NCBI GenBank assembly: GCA_041687695.1
Contig: JAWLBL010000042.1
Coordinates: 1 to 47,705 of the forward strand
From: Myxococcota bacterium
GTDB lineage: Bacteria > Myxococcota_A > UBA9042 > PHBI01 > JAWLBL01
Direction: 5' to 3'
DNA: 47,705 nucleotides
Below are positions 27,654 through 37,800 of the stretch, piece by piece; positions within the stretch are counted from its first letter, which is position 1, and the number at the start of each line of letters is the position of its first letter. The translations under genes and the position numbers were made by a program. A model generated the notes under the pieces. It saw nothing but the letters and a program-made list of their open reading frames with translations, had not been told where the DNA came from and did not search any database.

Positions 27654-30041
27654 ATGCGACGACTGGGCGGGATCTTCGGGCGGCGGGCGCTTGCGGCGGC
27701 GCTGGTGGTGCAGGCGTGGACCCTCGGAGCGGGGTGCGGCGACGACGGCGCGGGCGGCCCCGGCGAAGGGGACGCGGACGCGCTGGTCGATGCCGAGCCC
27801 GATGGCGAGGCCGACGCCGACGCCGACGGGCCGGACGCCGCGACGGACGACGCGGCCGACGGTGTCGACGGCGAGGTCACCGAGCCCCCCGAGGACCTGG
27901 TGGCCCTGGTCGACGTGTTCGTGGGCACGGGCTCCGAAGGGTTCAACGTCGGGGCGCTCCAGCCGGGCGCGACCACGCCCTTCGGGATGGTCCGCCTGAC
28001 GCCGAACACGGTCGAGGCGTGGGGCAGCAAGCCGTCGGTGATGCACGCGGGCGGCTACAAGTACGAGGACCCGTACGTCGCCGGCTTCGCCCACATCCAG
28101 CTGGTCGGCGTGGGCGTGGCCGACTACGGCAACCTGCTGATGGTCCCGGGCGTCGGCGACCCGGCCGCGCACATCACCGAGGCCGGCTACCGGTTCGACC
28201 TCGACCACGGCCGCGAGTCCGGCGAGCCGGGGTACTACCGCATCGCCCGCAAGGACGACGCGTTCACGGCCGAGCTGACCGCGACCCCGCGCGTCGGCGT
28301 GCACCGCTACACCTACGCGCCCACCGACGAGGCGCTGGTCGTCCTGGACATCACGCGCGGCATCGGCGACGGCACCGCCCTCGACAGCGCCGTGACGGTC
28401 GACCCCGCGACGGGCGAGATCTCGGGCGTCGTGCACTGCTACGGCGAGTTCACCAAGCGCTTCGACGGCTTCGAGCTGTTCTTCGTCATCCGCCCCGACC
28501 GCGCGCCCGCGGGCGTCGGGGTCTGGGACGCCGACGGCTACGTCGAAGGCGAGACCAGCGTCGGCGGGCCCCACGCGGGCATCGTCCTGCGCTACGACGC
28601 GACCGAGGACACCGACGTCGAGGTGCAGGTCGGCCTGTCGTTCGTCGACGTCGACGGCGCGCGCGCCAACCTCGAGGCCGAGGCCGCCGGGCGCTCGTTC
28701 GACGACATCCGGGCCGAGGCGCGCGCCACCTGGGCCGACGCGCTGTCGGTCGTGCGCGTCGAGGGCGGCACCGACACCCGCCGCCGCCTCCTGTACACCG
28801 CCCTGTACCACGCGCTGCTCATGCCCACGCTGCTGACCGACCTCGACGGGCGCTACCGCGGCATCGACAAGCAGGTCTACGAGGCCGAAGGCTTCACCTA
28901 CTACTCGGACTTGTCGCTGTGGGACACCTACCGCACCTTCCACCCGCTCATCACGCTCCTCGCGCCCGATCGCCAGCGCGACTTCGTGGCCTCCCTGGGC
29001 GAGATGGCCAAGGTGTACGGCAAGTTCCCGAAGTGGCCGCTCGCCACGGGCGAGTCCGGCTCCATGCTGGGCGCCAGCGCCGACACCGTGATCGCCGACA
29101 CCGTGCTCACCGGGCTCCCCGGCGGGCTCGGCGTGTTCGACGTCGAGGCCGCCTACCAGACGATGCGCGCCTCCGCGACCCTGCCGACCCCCGAAGGCGC
29201 CAAACCGCGCGAGCACCTCGCGGCCTGCCTCGACCACGGCTACTGCCCGTCCGACCTCATGAGCGGCAGCGTCTCGCGCACCCTCGAGTACGGCGCCAAC
29301 GACTACTGCCTCTCCCGCCTCGCCGAGCACCTGGGCCACGGTGACGACGCCGCCATGTTCCTGCTCCGCTCCAAGAGCTACCAACAGCACTACGAGCCGA
29401 CCAAGGGCTTCCTGGCCCCCCGCCAGTCCGACGGCTCGTTCGTGCCCTTCGACCCCGAGGCCACCAGCGCCCACTACGTCGAGGGCACGCCCTGGCACTA
29501 CCTCTTCATGGTCCCCTTCGACGTCCCGGGGCTGGTCGCGCTGCTCGGCGGCGCCGAGCCCTTCGCCGCCAAGCTCTCCACCTTCCTGGAGGGCGGCCGC
29601 GACAACTTCTCGTGGGTCATGCCCAACGCCTTCTACTACCACGGCAACGAGCCCGACATCGTCGCCCCCTGGCTCTTCGGCTTCGGCGACCGCCCCGACC
29701 TGACCCGCTACTGGACCACCTGGGTCGCCGACAACGCCTACGCCCTGACCCCCGGCGGCCTCACCGGCAACGACGACGGCGGCACCCTGTCGTCCTGGTA
29801 CGTCTTCGCCGCCGCCGGCCTGTACCCGCTGCCGTGCACCGAGACCTACGCCCTGTCGGCGCCCCTGTTTCAGCGCGTGACGTGGCGGCTCGATGGGGGT
29901 GACTTCACCGTGCTCCTGGGCGAAGATCCCGATGCTGCGCCGCACATCGACGGCCAGCCCATCACCGGCCCGACGCTGGCCCGCGACCTGCTGGTCCCTG
30001 GCGCCACGTTGACGCTGCCGCCGCCGCCGGCGGCCCCCTGA
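27654..30041 (+). CDS. GH92 alpha-mannosidase family lipoprotein
   Basis: Lipobox LGAGC and Asp-rich linker; PGATTPFGMV, SLWDTYRT, SRTLEY, YVEG, HGNEP, and GNDDGGTLSSWYVF. Confidence 0.9.
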   Translation: MRRLGGIFGRRALAAALVVQAWTLGAGCGDDGAGGPGEGDADALVDAEPDGEADADADGPDAATDDAADGVDGEVTEPPEDLVALVDVFVGTGSEGFNVGALQPGATTPFGMVRLTPNTVEAWGSKPSVMHAGGYKYEDPYVAGFAHIQLVGVGVADYGNLLMVPGVGDPAAHITEAGYRFDLDHGRESGEPGYYRIARKDDAFTAELTATPRVGVHRYTYAPTDEALVVLDITRGIGDGTALDSAVTVDPATGEISGVVHCYGEFTKRFDGFELFFVIRPDRAPAGVGVWDADGYVEGETSVGGPHAGIVLRYDATEDTDVEVQVGLSFVDVDGARANLEAEAAGRSFDDIRAEARATWADALSVVRVEGGTDTRRRLLYTALYHALLMPTLLTDLDGRYRGIDKQVYEAEGFTYYSDLSLWDTYRTFHPLITLLAPDRQRDFVASLGEMAKVYGKFPKWPLATGESGSMLGASADTVIADTVLTGLPGGLGVFDVEAAYQTMRASATLPTPEGAKPREHLAACLDHGYCPSDLMSGSVSRTLEYGANDYCLSRLAEHLGHGDDAAMFLLRSKSYQQHYEPTKGFLAPRQSDGSFVPFDPEATSAHYVEGTPWHYLFMVPFDVPGLVALLGGAEPFAAKLSTFLEGGRDNFSWVMPNAFYYHGNEPDIVAPWLFGFGDRPDLTRYWTTWVADNAYALTPGGLTGNDDGGTLSSWYVFAAAGLYPLPCTETYALSAPLFQRVTWRLDGGDFTVLLGEDPDAAPHIDGQPITGPTLARDLLVPGATLTLPPPPAAP

Positions 30042-30052
30042 AGGAGCACCCA

Positions 30053-30628
30053 ATGACGCCCAAGACGCACCGCGCCCGAGTGTCCCCTTTCCTGATCGCC
30101 GCCTTCGCCGCCGCCCTGGCCTTCGTGGCCTGTGACAGCGACCCCGAGCCGGTCGCCGTCTCCGAGACGGTCTCGCTCAAGCTCGGCGGCATGAAGGAGG
30201 GCGACGCCAAGAGCGGCACCCACTCGCAGGACAAGAACGTCAACAGCGAGAGCGGCAACCCCTATGGCGAGTTCCTGAAGACCGCCCGCGACCGCCTGAA
30301 CCGCGACCCCTCCGAGATCCGCGTCCGCCGCGTCGACGTCCGCCTGCACGCCGACAGCACGGGCGCGACCGATCTCGGCCAGGTCTTCGCCGACCTAGAG
30401 GTCTTCCTCGCCAACAGCAACACGACCATCCCGCTGGGCACCGTCGACGCCCCGACCGGCACCTCGGTGCAGGTGCCTCTGAACGCCGGCCTCAGCCTCG
30501 ACGCGCTGCAGGCCTCGCTGCTCAGCGGCGACCTCAAGGCCGGCGCCCGGGGCCAGGTGGTCGACACCCCGCCCGCCAAGTACGACGTGCGCCTGACCAT
30601 CGACATCTCCTTCGAGGCGCTGCCCTGA
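30053..30628 (+). CDS. Hypothetical lipoprotein
   Basis: AAGGAG RBS; lipobox FVAC. Confidence 0.75.
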   Translation: MTPKTHRARVSPFLIAAFAAALAFVACDSDPEPVAVSETVSLKLGGMKEGDAKSGTHSQDKNVNSESGNPYGEFLKTARDRLNRDPSEIRVRRVDVRLHADSTGATDLGQVFADLEVFLANSNTTIPLGTVDAPTGTSVQVPLNAGLSLDALQASLLSGDLKAGARGQVVDTPPAKYDVRLTIDISFEALP

Positions 30629-30743
30629 ACCGGCCTCTAAGCGCCTGAACTAGAAGCGCCTGGGTTTCGGGGGCTTGGGAACGGCCGCGGCCCGCGCCGG
30701 GTTGACACCCGTAGACCCCCACCCCCGACACCCGGAGGACCCC

Positions 30744-31253
30744 ATGCGCCTGGCATGGCCGCTCCTCGCCGTCCTGTTCGGCGCCCTCGTCGCCGCCTGC
30801 GACCCCTCCCCCGACGACCCCTTCATCGCCTCCGACGACGACGACGACGATCCCGTCCCGGCGCTCGTCAGCGACTGCGCGGCGCTCGCGGGGACCTGGC
30901 AGGCCCGCGAGCTGCGCCTGACCAGCATCGCCAACCCCGAGGTCATCGCCGCCTTCGACTCGGATCTCACCGACTTCCGCGTCACCTTCACCAACACCAT
31001 CTTCTCGTCCCGCTTCGACCGCCCCGGCATCGAGCCCTTCGCCCAGACCGGCCGCTACGACGTCCTGGGCGACGAGATCGACTTCGAGGACGTGCCGCTC
31101 ATGCCCGGCCTGAGCGCCGGCGACAACCGCTTCGAGTGCCGCATCACCGACCAGGACACCCTGTTCCTGGTCGGCACGGGCGTCTCCTTCGACTTCGCCA
31201 GCTCCGGCGAGCTGCAGCCCGCGCTGTTCGAGGCCGAGCTCGAGCCGCTCTGA
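30744..31253 (+). CDS. Hypothetical lipoprotein (possible lipocalin-like beta-barrel)
   Basis: GGAGG RBS; lipobox VAAC; Asp run; LAGTW motif and alternating beta pattern. Confidence 0.7.
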   Translation: MRLAWPLLAVLFGALVAACDPSPDDPFIASDDDDDDPVPALVSDCAALAGTWQARELRLTSIANPEVIAAFDSDLTDFRVTFTNTIFSSRFDRPGIEPFAQTGRYDVLGDEIDFEDVPLMPGLSAGDNRFECRITDQDTLFLVGTGVSFDFASSGELQPALFEAELEPL

Positions 31254-31311
31254 CCGCGACGCCTCGGCGGACACCCTTGACCGCCGCCCCGCGTTGGTCC
31301 GAGCCTGAGGC

Positions 31312-31866
31312 ATGAACGAGCGACCGGACCCGCTGGCCTACACGCCCTACTACTGCGAAGAGAACGCCTGGCACCTGTGCCAGCGGCCCGAGCTGGCGCC
31401 GCTGGACCCGCACGTCGTGTTCGTCTCGAACGCGCGGCGCTGCGTGCCCATGTGGGCGCAGCGGGCCGCGCCCGAGGGCGAGCCGGTCCTGTGGGACTAC
31501 CACGTCGTGGTGGTCACCCGCGCCCCGACCCCGCAGGTCTGGGACCTGGACTCGCGCCTGGGCCTGCCGGTCCCCGCGACGCGCTGGCTGTCCGGCACCT
31601 TCGCGCACCTGGACGAGGTCCGCGCGTCCTTCCACCCCCGCTGCCGCGTGGTCGCGGCGGCCGAGCTGGTCGCCACCTTCTCGACCGACCGCTCGCACAT
31701 GCGCGGCCCGGACGGCGGCTGGTTGCAGCCCCCGCCGCCCTGGCCGGCCCCCTACGCGCCGAGCCGCGGGATGAACCTGTTCGACTTCGTCGACCCCGGC
31801 GCCACCGGGGCCGGGCAGGTGCTGGACCTGCCCGGCCTGTCCGCATGGCTGTCGGCCGCGTCCTGA
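31312..31866 (+). CDS. Protein N-terminal glutamine amidohydrolase (NTAQ1/Nt_Gln_amidase) homolog
   Basis: YCEEN.W.LC, VFVSN, WDYHV, WDLDSRL, FSTDRSHM and PPPPWP occur in the NTAQ1 order; putative triad C15/H64/D78. Confidence 0.85.
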   Translation: MNERPDPLAYTPYYCEENAWHLCQRPELAPLDPHVVFVSNARRCVPMWAQRAAPEGEPVLWDYHVVVVTRAPTPQVWDLDSRLGLPVPATRWLSGTFAHLDEVRASFHPRCRVVAAAELVATFSTDRSHMRGPDGGWLQPPPPWPAPYAPSRGMNLFDFVDPGATGAGQVLDLPGLSAWLSAAS

Positions 31867-31873
31867 CGCTCCG

Positions 31874-34800
31874 TCAGTTCCCAGCCGTGCACGTCCCGCA
31901 GCCGAGCTCGTCGACCAGCATCACGCAGGTCTCGCTCCAGCCGTCGTTGCAGCAGCTCGGCTCGAAGTCGCACACGCACGCGCTGACCTCGGGGTCCACG
32001 CACCCGGGCTCGGGGTGCGGGCTGCAGCAGCTCCCGTCCTCGCAGGGGCCGCAGTCCTGAGGGCACCCGCCGCAGCTCTCCCCCGGCTCGCACTGGCCGT
32101 CACGGCACACCGGCTGGCCCTCGCACGACCCACAGCCCAGCGCCTCCACGCTGCTCGCGCAGACCGCGTCCCAGGCCACCTCGCAGCAGAACGGGTCCTG
32201 CTCGCACATGCAGAAGGTGACGTCGGGCTGCTCGCACCCGGGCGTCGGGTGCGCGACGCAGCAGGCGCCTTCGCAGGGGCCGCAGTCCTTGTCGCAGTTC
32301 AGGCAGCTCTCGCCCGGCCCGCACTCGCCGTCGCCGCACTGGCCGCACTCGCCGCAGTCGTCGGGGCACGTCTCGCAGGACTCGTCCGAGTTGCACATCC
32401 CGTCGCCGCACTCGGCGCACTCGCCGCAGTCGTCCGGGCACAGCTCGCACGACTCGCCGGGCGTGCACATCCCGTCGCCGCACTCGCCGCCGCACGGCCC
32501 GCAGTCGGCCATGCAGGTCTCGCAGCTCTCGATCTGCAGGTCGCACACCTGGTCGCCGCAGGTCGGCTCGGTGTCGCACTGGCCGCAGCCGCGCCGCTCG
32601 ACCAGGGCGACGCAGATGACGTCCCAGGCCACCTCGCAGCAGTACGGGTCGTGGCTGCACACGCACGGCGCGACCTCGCCGTCCTGGCAGCCCGGCTCTT
32701 CGCTGGGCATGCAGCAGCTCGTCGGGCACCCGCCGCAGTCGCGCGGGCACGTCTGGCAGTCCTCGTCGGGGTCGCACGCGCCGTTTCCGCAGATCGGACC
32801 GCACTGGTCCTCGAACACGCAGCCGAACTCCGGATCGCAGGCGTCGGCCGTGCAGAAGTTGCCGTCGTCGCACTCCTTGTCGAACAGGACGCAGCCCCCC
32901 TGGTCGGGGTTGCAGTACCCCTCGAGGCAGGCGTCGCCCTCGCCGCAGTCCAACGGCTGCCCGGCGCAGAAGCCCTGCCCGCAGCTGTCGTTCTCGGTGC
33001 AGGGGTCGCCGTCATCGCACGGCCCGGTCGACGGCGTCGACGTGCAGCCGGCCTGGGCGTCGCAGCTGTCCACCGTGCAGGGGTCGCCGTCGTTGCAGTC
33101 CATCGGCGAGCCGGCCTGGCAGTTGCCGTTGCCGTCGCAGAACTCGAAGCCGTTGCAGACGTCGCCGTCGCTGCAGCTGCCGCTGACCGGGAAGGTGACG
33201 CAGCCGCCGCCGCCGAAGTCGCAGAAGGCGGTCGTGCAGGGGTTGCCGTCGTCGGGGCACTCGACCGGCTCGCCCGACAGGCAGCCGCCGGCGACGGGGT
33301 CGCACATGTCACCCGTCGTGCAGGGGTTGCCGTCCTCGCACGGGCCGGTGGTCGGCGTGAAGACGCACCCGATGTCCGGGTCGCAGGCGTCCGCCGTGCA
33401 CGGGTCGTCGTCGGCGCACACGGGCGGCGAGCCCGCCTGGCACTTGCCGGCGTCGCACACCTCGGCGCCGTTGCAGGGGTCGCCGTCGTCGCAGGTCCCG
33501 ACGGGCGAGGGCAGGTGCACGCAGCCGGTGAACGGGTCGCACAGGTCGTCGGTGCACGGGTTGCCGTCGTCGCAGGCGAGCGTGCCCTGGCCGACGCACC
33601 CGCCGGTCGCCTCGACGCACGTGTCTTCGGTGCTGCAGGCGTTGCCGTCGTCGCACGGCCCCTCGACGAAGAAGTTGTTGCACCCCTCGCCCGCGACACA
33701 GGTCGCCACGACGCAGGGGTTGTCGCTGATGCAGATGGGCGGCTCCGACACGGTCGTGCAGCCGACACCGGGCTCGCAGGCCTCGTTGCCGTTGCAGGGG
33801 TCGCCGTCGTCGCACTGGGGCGGCTCGGTGAACATGCACACGCCCGAGCTGGGGTTGCACACCTCGAGGCCGTTGCAGGGGTCGCCGTCGTCGCACTCGA
33901 CCGGCACGCCGCCGACGCACTCGCCCGTGTCCGGGACGCAGGTCTCGACGCCGTTGCAGGCGTCGCCGTCGTCGCAGACCACCGGCTCGCCGTCGACGCA
34001 CTCGCCCGTGTCCGAGGCGCACGACTCGACGCCGTTGCAGGCGTTGCCGTCGTCGCAGACCACGGGCTCGCCGTTCAGGCAGGCGCCGCTGGCCGGGTCG
34101 CAGGTCTCGAAGCCGTTGCACACGTCGCCGTCGTCGCAGACAACCGGCTCGCCGGCCAGGCACCCGCCCGAGGCGGCGTCGCACGTCTCGAGGCCGTTGC
34201 AGGCGTTGCCGTCGTCGCACTCGAGCGGCGTCCCGGCCACGCACGCCCCCAGCGCCGAGCTGCAGGACTCGAAGCCGTTGCACGGATCGCCGTCGTCGCA
34301 GGCCAGCGGCGTGCCGGCGATGCAGGCGCCGGTCAGGGGGTTGCACCCCTCGACGCCGTTGCAAGCGTCGCCGTCGTCGCAGACGACCGGGTCGCCAGCG
34401 AGGCACGCGCCGGTGGCCGGGTCGCAGGTCTCGACGCCGTTGCAGGCGTCGCCGTCACCGCACAGCACCGGGTCGCCCGGCAGGCACTCGCCGGTCGCCG
34501 GGTCGCAGCCCTCGGCGCCATTGCAGGCGTCGCCGTCGTCGCACACGAGCGCCTCGCCCGCGACGCAGCCTAGGTCGGGATTGCAGGTCTCGACGCCGTT
34601 GCAGGCGTCGGCGTCGTCGCACACCAGCGGCGTGCCCGGGACGCAGCCCGAGGTGGGGCTACAGGTCTCGGCGCCGTTGCAGGCGTCGCCGTCGTCGCAC
34701 GCCAGCGGGGTCCCCTGGACGCACCCGGTCGCCGGGTCGCAGGTCTCGACGCCGTTGCACGCGTCGCCGTCGTTGCAGCTCAGCGCGGTGCCCGCGAGGC

Positions 34801-37800
34801 ACTCGCCGGTGGCGGCGTCGCACGTCTCGACGCCGTTGCAGACGTTGCCGTCGTCGCACACGACCGGCGCGCCCGACAGGCACTCGCCCGTCTGCGCGTC
34901 GCAGGTCTCGAGGCCGTTGCACGCGTCGCCGTCATCGCAGACGACCGGGTCGCCGGCGAGGCAGGCGCCGGTCGCGGCGTCGCAGGTCTCGACGCCGTTG
35001 CAGGCGTCGCCGTCGTCGCAGATGACCGGGACCCCCTCGAGGCAGGCGCCGGTGTCGAAGTTGCACGTCTCGACGCCGTTGCAGGCGTCGCCGTCGTCGC
35101 ACACGACCGGCGTGCCCGGCAGGCACGCGCCGGTGGCGGTGTCGCAGGTCTCGACGCCGTTGCAGGCGTTGCCATCGCCGCAGACGACCGGGTCGCCCGC
35201 GAGGCACGCGCCCGTGCTGGGGTTGCAGGTCTCGAGGCCGTTGCAGGCGTCGCCGTCGTCGCAGACGACCGGGTCGCCCGGCAGGCACGCGCCGGTGGCC
35301 GGGTCGCAGGTCTCGACGCCGTTGCAGGCGTCGCCATCACCGCAGACGACCGGGTCGCCCGCGAGGCACGCGCCCGTGCTGGGGTTGCAGGTCTCGAGGC
35401 CGTTGCACGCGTCGCCGTCGTCACAGGTCACCGGCGTCCCGGAGATGCAGGCCCCCGTCGTGGGGTTGCAGGTCTCGAGGCCGTTGCAGGCGTCGCCGTC
35501 GTCGCACACGATCGGGTCACCGTCGACGCAGGCGCCGGTCGCGGGGTCGCAGGTCTCGCCGCCGTTGCAGGCGTCGCCGTCGCCGCAGACCACCGGCGTG
35601 CCGGCCAGGCACGCGCCGGTGGCCACGTCGCAGGTCTCGACGCCGTTGCAAGCGTTGCCGTCATCACAGGTCACCGGCGAGCCGGCGACGCAGGCTCCCG
35701 TCGTAGGGTTGCAGGACTCGACGCCGTTGCAGGCGTCGCCGTCGTCGCAGGTCACCGGCGTGCCGGCCACGCACTCGCCGCTGGCCGAGTCACAGCTCTC
35801 GACACCGTTACAAGCGTCGCCGTCGTCGCAGGTCACCGGCGTGCCGGCCACGCACGCGCCGGTGGCCGAGTCACAGCTCTCGACACCGTTACAAGCGTCG
35901 CCGTCGTCGCAGGTCACCGGCGTGCCGGCCACGCACTCGCCGCTGGCCGAGTCGCAGGTCTCGACGCCGTTGCAGGCGTCGCCGTCGTCGCAGCTGACCG
36001 CCGTCCCCGCGACACACTCACCGGTGGCCGAGTCACAGGTCTCCACACCGTTGCAGGCGTCACCGTCGTCGCAGGTCACCGCCGTGCCGGCCACGCACTC
36101 ACCAGTGGCCGAGTCACAGGTCTCGACACCGTTACAAGCGTCACCGTCGTCGCAGGTCACCGCCGTCCCCGCGACACACTCGCCGCTGGCCGAGTCACAG
36201 GTCTCGGCTCCGTTGCAAGCGTCCCCGTCATCACAAGTGACCGCCGTCCCAGCCACGCACTCGCCGGAGGCCGAATCACAGGTCTCGACTCCGTTGCAGG
36301 CGTCGCCATCGTCGCAGGTCACCGCCGTCCCAGCCACGCACTCGCCGGAGGCCGAATCACAGGTCTCGACTCCGTTGCAGGCGTCGCCGTCGTCGCAGGA
36401 CACCGCGGTCCCGGCGACACACTCGCCAGTCGCCGAGTCGCAGGTCTCGCCGCCGTTGCAGGCGTCGCCGTCGTCGCAGGACACCGCGGTCCCGGCAACA
36501 CACTCGCCAGTCGCCGAGTCACAGGTCTCGACCCCGTTGCAGGCGTCGCCGTCATCGCAGCTGACCGCCGTGCCGGCGACACACTCACCAGTGGCCGAGT
36601 CACAGGTCTCGACCCCATTGCAGGCGTCGCCGTCGTCACAGGACACCGCGGTCCCGGCGACACACTCGCCAGTCGCCGAGTCACAGGTCTCGACCCCATT
36701 GCAGGCGTCGCCGTCGTCGCAGGACACCGCCGTCCCGGCGACACACTCGCCAGTCGCCGAGTCACAGGTCTCGACTCCGTTGCAGGCGTCGCCATCGTCG
36801 CAGGTCACCGCCGTCCCAGCCACGCACTCGCCCGTGGCCGAGTCACAGGTCTCGACGCCGTTGCAAGCGTCCCCGTCATCACAAGTGACCGCCGTCCCCG
36901 CGACACACTCGCCGCTGGCCGAGTCGCAGGTCTCGACGCCGTTGCAGGCGTCCCCGTCGTCGCAGGTCACCGCCGTCCCAGCCACGCACTCGCCCGTGGC
37001 CGTGTCGCAGGTCTCGACGCCGTTGCAGGCGTCGCCGTCGTCGCAGCTGACCGCCGTGCCGGCGACGCACTCGCCGGAGGCCGAATCACAGGTCTCGACT
37101 CCGTTGCAGGCGTCGCCATCGTCGCAGGTCACCGCCGTCCCAGCCACGCACTCGCCCGTGGCCGCGTCGCAGGTCTCGACGCCGTTGCAGGCGTCGCCGT
37201 CGTCGCAGCTGACCGCCGTGCCGGCGACACACTCACCGGTGGCCGCGTCACAGGTCTCGACCCCGTTGCAGGCGTCACCGTCGTCGCAGCTGACCTCCGT
37301 CCCCGCGACACACTCACCAGTGGCCGAGTCGCAGGTCTCGACGCCGTTACAAGCGTCCCCGTCGTCGCAGGTCACCGCCGTGCCGGCCACGCACTCGCCG
37401 GAGGCCGAGTCACAGGTCTCGACGCCATTGCAGGCGTCGCCGTCGTCGCAGCTGACCGCCGTGCCGGCCACGCACTCGCCGCTGGCCGAATCGCACGTCT
37501 CGACGCCGTTGCAGGCGTCGCCGTCGTCGCACTTCGGCGGCTCGCCCGGCTTGCACTGCCCGCTCGGCGCGTCGCACGTCTCGACCCCGTTGCAGGCGTC
37601 CCCGTCGTCGCACACCGTCAGGTCCGGCTCGTCGTTCTTCGGGTCCTCCTCGTCGGGCAGGCAGTCCCCATCGGCGTCCTCGATGCTGGACTCCAGCGCG
37701 TCGATGATCCCGTCGCCGTCCCGGTCCGGTGGCGACTTCGACGTCCCGACCTCCTCGAAGTCCGACTTGCCGTCGCCGTCCGTGTCGGCGTCGGTCGCCC

